Shown here: positions 35,184-46,469 of the stretch, piece by piece
How the letters are laid out: every line of letters begins with the position of its first letter
Position numbering within the stretch: the stretch's first letter is position 1
Assembly: GCF_004010195.1 (NCBI RefSeq)
Contig: NC_057756.1
Span: 4,532,413-4,596,412, forward strand
Direction of reading: 5' to 3'
Source of the DNA: Chiloscyllium plagiosum
Lineage: Eukaryota
DNA: 64,000 nucleotides
Program-made: the position numbers and the translations under genes
Notes under the pieces: model-generated
Database searches by the model: none
What the model saw: the letters and a program-made list of their open reading frames with translations, nothing else
What the model was told of the DNA's origin: nothing

Positions 35184-36790
35184 GTGAGTTTGGATCTGAT
35201 TTTATCAGTCTTATATTTGACAATAAGTCTTGCTAACTGTTCTGTTAACAGGATTGCAAAACTGCAGAATATCCCAAACAACTTTACAAACAACCAAGTA
35301 CGATTGGAGCAAAAAGCCAAATAATGTGTGGGCCATTATGCCTAAAAAAAAGTGAACAAAAATCTGGAATGCTGAAATAATATTATTTTGCAAATGATAT
35401 TACTGCAGGGGTGTTATTGATAAAACATTGCAATCTGCAGCAGGATTAATGTTGTTCAACAAGATCAGTGCAAATAATTTGGAATCCAAAAGAAAAAAAG
35501 CAACAATGAAATTGTTGGAGCCTCAACAAAGACAAAAGTTCTATATTGGAAATTATCTCTTGGCAACTTTGCGAAGGAAATACTGATATCCACTTGTTGA
35601 AACACTATTGGAGTTTCAATGCATTCAGATTGAAAGAAAACAATTTGACAGACTTGAATGAACGTGGAAATATATTACAAAATATAGTGAAAGGATGGTA
35701 AAAATCTAATGGAAGTAAAGTGTCCCTTTTTGGAAATGAATACAAAATAAGTTTCATTTTATAATCCGTAATAGGTGACAGCTCTGTTCAAAGTGGATAA
35801 GCTGAAATACTGTCAGTATCATGGATACAAACTATTGAGTCTTGTCATGCAACCTTTTAACAGAGGAGCTAATCCAAATATGTTCATGCAAAATATTTAG
35901 ACCTTCTGTTCTAAAATTTGATTGTAAGATGAGTGTTTGTTTGGATCGCAGGCAAAGCTTACCTGACATTTTTAGACATAGAGCTGTGGTTTCACTTGTT
36001 CCCTGCGAAGGTGCCAAATAATCAACGCTCGAATAGAAGATGGTCTTTTCAGGGTTTCAGTGTTACAACCTAAGTGCCTTTATTCAGATTACATTCTTAT
36101 GTATTCTTATAGTCCCTTGAAACATGTAATTTCCAAATTTCAAGCCCACCCTTGCGCACACCAAGCGGCAGGGACCAAGCAATTGCAGCTTATTATTGTC
36201 ACAAAGACCCGGAACAAGCAGGTGGACATATAAAGAATTTCAAATTGCGAGAGACATTTAGCAGGGAATACATAAATATTTTCATACAATTTCATAAATA
36301 TAAGGTGTTTAGTGTCTCTGAAGGATATGTAACTAAAATTTATGCTGAAACTCCACCCTGCTAATTCGTGAAACTTGCGAAGAGATGAAATATTTGAAAA
36401 ATGCTCAGTCATGCAAACAGTATGCATGAAGTTTAAGTCAGAAAGAAATTTTCGTCAGAAAGAATCTCTAACAAAATTTATGGATTACAACTGTTAATCA
36501 TGTGTTCATGCCACAGACTTAGCAAGTTTTTCTCGCAATGTCCAGGGGTGCGGTTTCTTTCTTTGTAATTGGCATGAACTGGATGCAATTTGCGTCAAAT
36601 AGAAGTGGACAGATCAACATTCACTTTCTTACGTGTCACAAAGTTATTCCGGAGTGGAATGAGGATCAGGCCAGCGGTAAAAAAAAGCATCTGGTAATGA
36701 AATCATGGGAAAGATTAAACTGTGTTATTTATTTATCACTGGTGCTAATATGGTCCAAGGTAATCATAAAAATTTGCTATCTTCCTTCAG

Positions 36791-36826
36791 AGCTGGAGAA
36801 AAAACTTCGAGATTCAAGTAATGAAG
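36791..36826 (+). CDS. Microexon 12 (36 nt ELEKKLRDSSNE, or 27 nt ending at 36817)
   Basis: ctatcttccttcag| ... AAG|gtaggg. The alternative donor CAA|gtaatg is also in frame. Confidence 0.75.
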
Positions 36827-37319
36827 GTAGGGATGGAGTGCAGAATACAACTGTCTAGTATGAATAGAAAAGGTGCAGACGGTTCAACTGATTGATTCAA
36901 ATCTTGGAAAACATGATGCGAAGTGTCATCGCACTCCATATCTTTTTTTAACTGTCTGTGTTGGAATTGTAGACTTTATGACATTGAAACTTCTGCCAAT
37001 TGCTGTGCACCATCTTTCTTTGGCTGAGATATCGGTTGTCCTCCATATTGAATAACCTTGTTGGAAGCACAGGACATGACAAGAACGAAGAAACCATGCT
37101 GTACGATTGCAATGTCAAATACCAAAATGGATCAGCATCATTGGGATAGAGCAGTTCTGCTCTGCTAGAACATACTTTCGAGATGGAGTCTGCAGTCGGT
37201 CTTGAGGGAGCCAACAAGAGAAAAATGCATTCTTGGCTTCAATCTCACTGATATATTAGATATAGTCATACCTTCCCACGACAGCATTGGCTACAGTGAC
37301 CAGCAGCAAACTTCTTCTC

Positions 37320-37480
37320 ATATTAGACCAGGCTAAACCCCCTCAAAATATATTCAGAAGGTAGCCTAGCCTTAATTTTAAAGGTGAGTATAAGGTCTTG
37401 TGTTCTACATACATTCACACATATACGCACACATAAAATATGTATATATGAGCTACTACTGATTAACTGTTCCAAAATAT
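37320..37480 (-). mobile_element. Gypsy LTR 3'-end fragment
   Basis: GACCAGGCTAAACCCCCTCAAAATATATTCAGAAGGTAGCCTAG resembles 58640-58700 and the reverse complement of the LTR ends. Confidence 0.55.
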
Positions 37481-38129
37481 TAACATCCCATAAACAGAGA
37501 CTTGGTGAAGGCGATTTATGCAAAATAGACTACCTCATATGCAATTTTATCATCAGGGAGAGGACGCCATCTTTTTAGCTGTAGCAGATGAAGTAATAAA
37601 AACATTCACTTCCAGCTTCAAAACCAAAGCAATTGCAACAAGCTTAAAATAAATATCCTTGTTCTGTGTCATCTTGACTCCACCTGCTTTGACTGCTTCT
37701 ACCATCGCAATTATAAAGGAAACCCAAGGCCTCCCTGTCTGCTCAGCGTAGATTTGACCAGACAGCTAAGCACTCTTTCTCAACTTTCCTTCAAAGCCAT
37801 GGCATTATCAACTTCTTCAAGCCATGGCATTATCATACTGTGGAAGTAATCCCACCTTCACATTCAAAATAAACTCCATTGTGTTGTGTGGCATTGTAAC
37901 CATGCTAATTAGGAGACTGTGCGAATAGACCTACCAACTCAAGATCTGGCCTCCATGAAGCACTGTGACCCAATAACAGTCACAAAATCTTACTCCAACA
38001 CAGTTTGCCACCGCTTGGCCCGTATATTCCCCATTCAACCGTTCCCATCAAGGTAGGGTTCAATGCCAGTTCGTTGAAGATTGCCACCAGAATAGCAAGG
38101 ACGAACACCAGAAATATATATATATTAAT

Positions 38130-39915
38130 AAAGTATCAACATGATGAGGTTAGCTAACAGGATTAATTCCGTGTCAATCAGTCTAAGATGAAAGGGATAG
38201 TCAAAGCTAAGCAATATCACTAACAATGGATCAAATCTAAGATTTTCAGTCCTGTCACATGCAGTAGCGAGCTCTTACAGACAATTAAACAACTCAATGG
38301 AGGAAAAGGCTCTGCAAAAATCACCATCCTCAATGATGGGAGAACTCACCATATTGGTACAAAAGGTAATGGAGCAGAATTCGCAGCTATCTCTGTTCAG
38401 ATAACTCGAGTGGATGATCTCTCTCGACCTCACTCGTAATGCCCAGCAGCACAGGTGCCAGTCTTTCGCCAATTCCATTGACCCCACGTATTTTCAAGAA
38501 AAGTGTTGATGCACTGTATCCTGAGAAGTGTATCGGCTGACAACATGCTGACAAAAGTACTAAACATTTGTGTTCTGCAACATTCGTGCCCCTGGCCACG
38601 CTGTTTCAGCACGATTACAACACTGGCACATATGATTAAATGAAACTTTGCGCAGTTATGCCCTGCACATGACAAATTTCATGATAAATCCAACACGTTC
38701 AATTACTGCTTCGTCAGTCTGCATTTGAGCATCAGTAAATTGGTGGAAACTGTCATCATCAGAGCTACCGAGTAGCACCTGACCTTCTCCAATGGTCGCA
38801 TTTTTTTTTTCTGAAAAATGTGCCACGCTGTTTCTGAATTTATTATAACCTTCGGTAAAAAATGAACAAAGAACTCAATGCCACAAGACAGATGAGAGAG
38901 TGCCAGCCCTTATATCAAGATATACTTGACCAAGCATGGTATTAAGAAGCCCTATCAAAACCGAAATTAATGGGAAGCAGAGGGACACATTCGACTAGTG
39001 GGATCTTACCTCGCAAGATGGAATGATGGCTGTGGTCTTCTAAGGATGGTCATGACAGCTCCATCAAACATCTGCAGAAGTTCCTCAGGATAACTTTCTA
39101 TTTCCGACCACATTCCTCTACTATAAAAAATGACTTTCCGAGCATGCTAATATCAGAAATTTAGATATTCGCCGAATATTGCACTATATTCGGCAGCATT
39201 AACGATGCCTTCGACAAAGAAGCAACGTATTTTCAAATGCAAAATGACCTGAACCCTATCGAGGTTGAATTTGTGCCACACAAATGCCAGGCAATGATTA
39301 TCTCCAGCAAGAGACAATCGAAGTACTGATGTCTGGCATTCAATCTTGTTACCAACATTCAATGCTGAATTAATTGACGTAATGAGGATTAACATAGATC
39401 AAACACTCAGCTGGACTCGTCATATAAATACTGTAGCTACAAGAACAGGTAAAACGCTAGGAATATTGGAGCCAATAATGCAAGTCTTGAATCACCAAAA
39501 CCTGCCCACCTCTTCAATTTATATGTCAGGAATGCTTTGGGCTGGCCTGGATGAGTGTAGCGAAGCAACCTGCTTGATTGGCATCATACCAACAGCACAA
39601 ACTCCTGATCCGCCCAATGCTCGATAGCAGCAATGCGTACTATGGACAGAAATTGACCAAAGAGTCTGAGACAGCATCTTCCATATATGCAAATACTTCC
39701 ATCTCGAAGGATAAAGATAGGAGATATGTAGGATCACCACTACCTGCAATTAATCATACAAGTTACTCACCAACCTGATTGGAAATGCATTGTCTTTCCT
39801 TCACTGTTGCTGAGTGAAATACTTGCAATTCCATCCTCAAAAGCAGTATGAATCTACTTAAAACACATGAACTGAAATGGCTCAGGAAGGTAGTTCACGA
39901 AAAAGCTTACCAAGG
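38130..39915 (+). mobile_element. Heavily decayed CR1/L2-clade LINE ORF2 and 3' end
   Basis: Remnant IDQTLSWTRHINTVATRTGKTLGIL. The 3' end is complementary to the 10380/40090 repeat, and the region is homologous to minus-strand 50780-53030. Confidence 0.6.
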
Positions 39916-40364
39916 GAAAAGGGGAGCAAATGCTGGGACAAAAATGCAAAATACTGGAATATGTCAATAGTTTTGAGGAAATGTCACTCAATCTGAAACC
40001 CTAACTCTGATTTCTCTTCAGATATGCAGCCAGATCTGATGAGCTTTTCTGGCAATTTCTACTTTTGTCGCAGTGCTTGCTCCCTTTTCTCTTGGGAAAG
40101 TCATGGTGAGCTGCCTTCTTGAGCCACTGCAAATCAGCTGTTTTAAATTGAGCCACAATGGTTTTGAATATGGAATTGCAAGTATTTCGCCCAGGGACAG
40201 GAAGGGAAGACAATGCATTTCCAATCAGTATGGTGAGTAACTTGGATGGAAAATTGCAGGTCGTGATGTTCTTACGTATTTCACGAATATCTTATGTTTT
40301 TTGTATATATTATTCCCTCATGCAATTTGGGCATCATTAGCTGGCCAACTTTGTTCCTAAATGG

Positions 40365-40675
40365 GCGGCATGGTGGCACAGTGGTTAGCACTGCTGCCTC
40401 ACAGCGCCGGAGACTCGGGTTCAGTTCCCGCCTCAGGCGATTGACTGTGTGGAGTTTGCACGTTCTCCCCGTGTATGCGTAGGTTTCCTCCGGGTGCTCC
40501 GGTTTCCTCCCACAGTCCAAAGATGTGCAGGTCAGGTGAATTGGCCATGCTAAATTGCCCATAGTGTTAGGTAAGGCGTAAATGTAGGGGTATGGTTGGG
40601 TTGTGCTTCGGCAGGTCGGTGTGGACTTGTTGGGCCGAAGGGCCTGTTCCCATACTGTAATGTAATCTAATCTAA
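40365..40675 (+). mobile_element. Well-preserved tRNA-derived SINE (HE1-like)
   Basis: A box TGGCACAGTGG, B-box-like GGTTCAGTTCCC, conserved core GTGTGGAGTTTGCACGTTCTCCCCGTG...GGTTTCCTCCCACAGTCCAAAGA and TAATC-type tail. Confidence 0.9.
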
Positions 40676-41059
40676 ATAAAAATGGAACTAACTGCAGATA
40701 CCCTGAATCGGAGACAAACATAGAAACTTCTGAAAAACCTCAGCAGTTCTGACGAAGTGTCCCTGGGTCCAAAACGTTAACTCTGATTTCTCTATGTAGG
40801 TGCTGCCTGTTTCTATTTTTGTCTCTGAGTTGCAGCATCCACAGTTCTTTCAGTTTTTATTTCGAAACAAATGTTGAACTGCCAGTGACAATCACAAAGC
40901 ACACGTGAACTATATGCATAAATACATGGATAAAACATTTTGTTGCATTGTTTATCGATTTGGTTTTAATTCTTTTTCTCTCTTGTCTGATGCAAAGCCT
41001 GGCATTCAGTTACGAATTCTATCTCATTTCCTATTAGCAGCAACAGTGCTCTAATATAA

Positions 41060-41390
41060 TAGAATCTCTACAATGAGGAAACAGGCCAATTGGCCCAAAC
41101 GTTCTTCACCGATCCACCGAAGAGCATCCCACCCAGAACATATCCCATATTTCCCCTGACTAACGTGCCAAAATCACCCCATTCCTGTCCATCACAGGGA
41201 AATTTAGCATGACCTGCCCACTTAAATTACACATCTTTTGATTATAGTTGGAAATCGCAGCACCCAGAGGAAACTCAGCCAGACATGAGAAGAATGTGAA
41301 AACTTCACAACGTTGTCCGAGGTTAGAATGAAATGCGGGTTCCTGATGCATTGAGATAGCAGTGTGAACTGATGAGCCAACGTGCCTCCA
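41060..41390 (-). mobile_element. Diverged SINE of the same family
   Basis: Reverse-complement similarity to 40365-40675. Confidence 0.7.
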
Positions 41391-41894
41391 TCTTAACTGG
41401 ATGTTGCTCCACATTTACCAGCGAGTTAACAACCTGTCAAATTCCTATTTGGAATAGAAAATGGCAATCCCAGCAATATAATCGTCCTAATATCAAACTG
41501 TATTTTCTGGCAGTACCAGAAGGAAAAGACAATACATTCTGGTCCTTGGTTAATCATTTGTAAAGAAAAAGTTTCGGCCCCAAACGTCCATCAACGGGAA
41601 TAAATTTCTTCTGCTTTATTCACTGAATAGGTTGAACCTCACTTCTCCCAGCTATTCTTTCATAAGACAGTGGTTACACTCGAAATAAAAATGGTCATGT
41701 ATTGGGGTGCTTAATATTGCTACCTTTAAAGTCCATCGAAGAAAGCTGGAAAGTAGTTCATAAATTCTCAGTATACAGTTATCTTCAATGTTTACAGCTA
41801 CAGAATGAATCAATAATTATGTGGGAATGCAACTGTTACCTGAAAATATGGTCAAGAGGAGACACATGTCTTCCATCTTTTTACTGCCTTTGAT

Positions 41895-42865
41895 TTGCTA
41901 GCACTTGATCCATGTCCTTCCAAATCCTTCAAATGCATATATCAATACAGATTGTTTTTAAATGTAATTGTGCCAAACTCCACCACTTCCTCCAGCAGCA
42001 CATTCCATAACACAAATCCTTCTGCATGAAAAAACTTGCCCTTTAGGTCCCTTCTACATTTTTCCTCTCTCAAACAAAATCGTTGTCCTCTAGTTCTGGA
42101 CAATAGACAAGAGACAATAGGTGCAGGAGTAGGCCATTCTGCCCTTTAAGCCAGCGCCCCCACTCATTATGATCATGACTGATCATCCTCAATTAGTATC
42201 CTGTTCCTGCCTTACCCCCATACCTCTTGATTCCACTATCCTTAAGAGCTCTATCCAAATCTTTCTTTAAAGTATCCAGAAACGTAGCCTCCACAACCTT
42301 CTGTGGCAGAGCATTCCACGCACCCACCACTCTCTGAGTGATGAAGTTTCTCCTCAACTCTGTTCTAAATGGCCTACCCCTTATTTTTAAACTGTGTCCT
42401 CTGGTTCGGCACTCACCCATTCAGGGAAACATGCTTCCTGCCTCCAGAGTGTCCATCCTTTAATAATCTTATACATCTCAATTAGATCCCCTCTCAGCCT
42501 TCTAAACTCAAGGGTATACAAGCCCAGTCGCTCCAATCTTTCAACATAAGATAGTTCCACCATTCCGGGAATTGACCTCGTCAACCTACGCTGCACTCCC
42601 TCAATAGCCAGAATGCCTTTCCTCAAATATGGAGACCAAAACTGCACACAATATTCCAGGTGCGGTCTCACCAGGGCCCTGTATAGCTTCAGAACAACCT
42701 CTTTGATTCTATATTTAATTCCTCTTGTTATGAAGGCCAGCATGCTATTAGCTTTCTTCACTGCCTGCTGTACCTGCATGCTTGGACATCCCTACACCAG
42801 GTAAAAGTTCTTGTATATTTACCCTCTCCAAACTTCTCATGATTTTATACACCACTATAAAATCT
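41895..42865 (-). mobile_element. Nested CR1 fragments: a younger 3' end (42101-42783) inserted into an older 3' fragment
   Basis: LYRALVRPHLEYCVQFWSPYLRK and RTRGHSLKIRGRPF, with tail CAATAGACAAGAGACAATAG. The flanks are colinear with 32570-32840. Confidence 0.85.
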
Positions 42866-42879
42866 TGGAAAACACGAGT

Positions 42880-43208
42880 AGCAAAGTGGATCGCACTGCG
42901 GCCTCATAGCACCAGTGACCTGAGTGTGATTTGACCAAATCTGTGGACTTTGCACATTCTCCTTTTGTTTCCGTGGGTTTCCTTTGGGAGCTCCGATGCC
43001 CTCCCACAATACAAAGATATGCAGCTTAGGAGAATTTTAAATACTAAATTGCCCATAGTGCTCTGGGATGTGTAGGTTATGGACATTAGTTCGCAGTAAA
43101 TGAAGAATAATAGGGTAGGGTAATGGGTCAGGGTGGGTTACTCTTCGGATGTTCAGTATTGACATGCTGAGCTGAAGGGTCTTCCACAGTTTAGGGATTC
43201 TATTCCAT
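42880..43208 (+). mobile_element. Diverged SINE ending ~50 bp before microexon 13
   Basis: Core GTGGACTTTGCACATTCTCC...GGGTTTCC...CCCACAATACAAAGAT. Confidence 0.75.
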
Positions 43209-43255
43209 AATGAATTTGTACCCAAGGATGACTGTCACTCTTCTGTCCAATATAG

Positions 43256-43276
43256 ATTCACCAAAAAAAGATTCAG
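43256..43276 (+). CDS. Microexon 13 (21 nt): DSPKKDS
   Basis: ctcttctgtccaatatag| ... CAG|gtgagt. In frame. Confidence 0.8.
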
Positions 43277-43950
43277 GTGAGTGTACTCTTGGTATCAACA
43301 CGGAAGTAAGAAATCAGTTTTCAGTCATTGAACAAAAGCTTTTTGTTATAAACACAAAAAAGAAAACAAATACCTGTGGATGCTAGATACCTGAAACAAC
43401 AAAGTCACAATGTGTTGAAGAAGTGCAGCAGGTCTGGCTGTGTCTGTTCATAGTTCAACTTTTGAAACGAGTGGGCCTTCATCAAGACTCGATTTCTCCA
43501 ATACTGTCTGTTTTGTGTTTTACCCTTGGAATGTGAAGAGTGTTTCGAATGACAACGTTTCTTGAGATCGTTTTTGGAAACCTGAAGGAACAGAAACAAA
43601 AGACATGGATAGGCGAACGAACTGCGTGGCCTCTGACACGTCGGTATTGAGTTTTATCTGTCCTCTGAGTAGCTGGACGATGATTCGAGGTAGCTTTAAT
43701 TTTCATCTAATCATCTCTTCGGTGAGGTGGGACTTTTTTCTAAACTGAAAAGTCTGATAACTAAATTTGCTAGGTCAGATAACGTGTATCAGTCCGATAT
43801 TCATCAAGAATAATGTACAAAGAGACTGAATAGATACCTAGGCATCCACGGTACAAGTGGAACACTTGGTTTTGGCTCATGGATTTACAGGAAGGTGGTG
43901 TTTCTTCACTATTCACATTGAGCAATGTCTTCGAAGACAAGTTTGACCAA

Positions 43951-44039
43951 CTCTCAGTCGAGGAGGTTGAACAGTTCATCCACTACACTAACACCTTCCA
44001 CCCCGACCTCAAATTCACCTGGACAGTCTCGGACTCCTC
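43951..44039 (+). mobile_element. Isolated ~90-bp PLE RT fragment
   Basis: EEVEQFIHYTNTFHPDLKFTWTVSDSS matches 7455-7520 and the minus copy at 5845-5915. Confidence 0.75.
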
Positions 44040-44177
44040 ATTAAGATTTAGTCTCACAGGTTAAATATTGGAACGTTGGATTAATGAGATTTCATCTTAA
44101 CTCTGGGATATGTACAACAAATAAGTCCGCTGATTCTGCACTCCTGATAACCTTATCAAACAAACTCAACTCTTTAG

Positions 44178-44204
44178 ATTGGAATGACGCAAGTAAACAC
44201 AAAG
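44178..44204 (+). CDS. Microexon 14 (27 nt): DWNDASKHK, the pre-B30.2 linker exon
   Basis: caactctttag| ... AAG|gtaaga. A Trp at position 2 of a 27-nt exon just before B30.2 resembles butyrophilin linker exons. Confidence 0.85.
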
Positions 44205-45086
44205 GTAAGATATAATTCACTCTGCATCCCCGACCTTCAGTCACATAATCATACTTAGGAATCTATGATTTATCAGTAAAGTCAAAACTTAGGCTGCTAG
44301 TCGTACATTATTAGTGACTCACTACAAATATAATTTAGGGGAAACCATTTCAATGGGGAAAGGTGCGATTGTGGAAGTAATCATTACAACAGATGTTAAA
44401 TGAATGGACATTGAAACATGCCAAATAAAAATACTTCCTACAAGTGTAAAGGAGCACGGGAGGATAAAATATAGATGTTCCAAAAAGCTGTGGACTCCAT
44501 CGACTAGAAATTGACCTGGACAAGCCATATACAGAGACATGTACATGGTTATGCCAGAGAAACAGCCAAGACATGTGCACTTCTGTGATGAGAAAATGAC
44601 ATCCTGAATTCCAGTTAATGCAAGGTGCAAATAAATTATGTGAGAATGTTAACATTATCTAGGACAGAACAGATACATTTCCGATCACTCAATTCACCCA
44701 TTTCAAAATTAATTCCTTAGTTCAGCAATGTGACATGTGGTGTTCGACAGGATGCACCACAGAAATGCACATAGTGTACTTGGAATTCAATTGCAGCGTT
44801 CTCAGTGAAAAGAAACAAGTGCCTAGAAGTTCTCTCAGCTAAGATCAGGCTGACTCAGGTTTTTTTCTTTTTACCGAAGTCGCTTTGCTATAACTTTGGC
44901 AAAATCTTCTCAACCACTTCCAAAACTAAAAAGAATGGATGAAACATGGAATGGAGAGAAAGCAGACACATTCTGCTTGATATTTATTCTTCCCAGCAAT
45001 TAAAGTTTTCTTTGTCGTGAGCTCTTCGTAATTTAGTGAATAACAATGTTAAATTTCTCCCAGTAACTTGTGATTGTGTTTTGCAG

Positions 45087-45607
45087 TCCCGCTTTTCCTG
45101 GATATTGAGAGAGCTGATCCAAGATTCACTATTTCTAAGGACAATAAAAGTACAACTTGGAATGAGAAATCTCCAGTGACACCAGAAATGATGCTCAAGA
45201 AAATAGACAGTTGGACCATTTGGGCGAAGGACGGGGTTCCACCTGGAAAGCATTACTGGGAGGTGTTGATTAATGAAGGGACAGCTTGGACGGTTGGGGT
45301 GTCTCAGAAAATTGTGCCCATCACCAGGTTTCATAGAACCTCAGAGAAGGACGGTTACTGGGCAGTGTTGCTTTGGAATTTCAAGGATGGCATGGAAAAA
45401 TTGAGGTCAATGGGCATTTCAATGCTGCTAGTCCCCCTCGCCAAGATAGGAGTCTATGTAGACTACGATGCAGGTAGGGTATCTTTCTACAACCCAGAAA
45501 GTGAGGCGCTGCTGCACACTTTTAAAGCCCAGTTCACAGGCAATATTTTTCCTGTGTTCCAGCTCTGGGCCAGCTCTCGCCCTGATGGCTCGATCTCCAT
45601 TGTTTAG
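45087..45607 (+). CDS. Terminal exon encoding a B30.2 (PRY-SPRY) domain of a butyrophilin-like or TRIM-like protein
   Basis: tgtgttttgcag| phase-1 acceptor. PRY-like LFLDIERADPRFTISKDNKS; SPRY motifs GKHYWEV, WTVGV, GYWAV, KIGVYVDYDAGRVSFYN and HTFKAQFTGNIFPVF. Stop TAG at 45605-45607. Confidence 0.93.
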
Positions 45608-46463
45608 CTTGTAGACATGGAGCTCAGAGCAACAGAAGTAAGACGGTCTTTCGATCATCTTCCTTTGAAGCTAGTGCTTCAGAGCAGAAGACCTTGCACA
45701 GATTTTTTTTTTCCAGAACATTGTTCCCGCTGGACTTATAACTTCTTTGTTTACCGTTCGCTACACTTACAATGCACCAATGCTGTTCACCTCGATTACT
45801 AGCACTTTCAGATAAATTCCTCATTACTAATAGTTATCTGTGTTGAGAGACAGTCGACAAATTTTCAAGAACAGCCTCTTCTCTTTTTCATATGCGTTTT
45901 ATTTTTCATTCTCAACTAAACCATGTATTAATAACGAGAACATGAAGATGGACTAATATCAATATCCAAACATATGATTAGTCATCATGAACAAAACTTC
46001 AGATGATCAATATGTATGCTTCCCTCAAGTATCACAGGTGGAATTTAAATTAAATAATTAATAACAATGAAATGTCATGTTTAGCACAGACGTCTTAATG
46101 AGGACACTAATTGATTTGACTTAAATCATTGTCGACCACTGAAGACATACCTAAAATCTTGTATCACCTACGTCATCTCATACTCTTGTCCTTGTTGGGG
46201 GCGCAGGCGATTTTGCAAAATGTTTTCTTTGGTCTTAGTCAGTAGCCCAGAATTTGCGTGGAGCCAGCCGAATCAAGCTGTGCTGAGGTCTCCCAATGTT
46301 AACTAATTTTTGTGGACTTAGACTAATTCAAGTACTGCTGAGGTTAGAAATGCTTTTGCCTTTATTATAGTCTTAACTTGTGTTGCGTTACAACCAGTGG
46401 TTGGTAAGTTTTCCCATAATACAATTATCTGTTTCACATAATTATGCAAATGGGGGGGGGGGC

Positions 46464-46469
46464 AATAAA
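46464..46469 (+). promoter_or_regulatory. Candidate polyadenylation signal AATAAA
   Basis: Canonical hexamer ~860 nt after the stop. No transcript evidence. Confidence 0.25.

Noticed and set aside
37370..37390. Perfect donor AAG|gtgagt
   Set aside because: It lies in an antisense LTR fragment, with no convincing acceptor or reading frame.
40365..40440. tRNA-like A/B boxes
   Set aside because: SINE head, not a tRNA gene.
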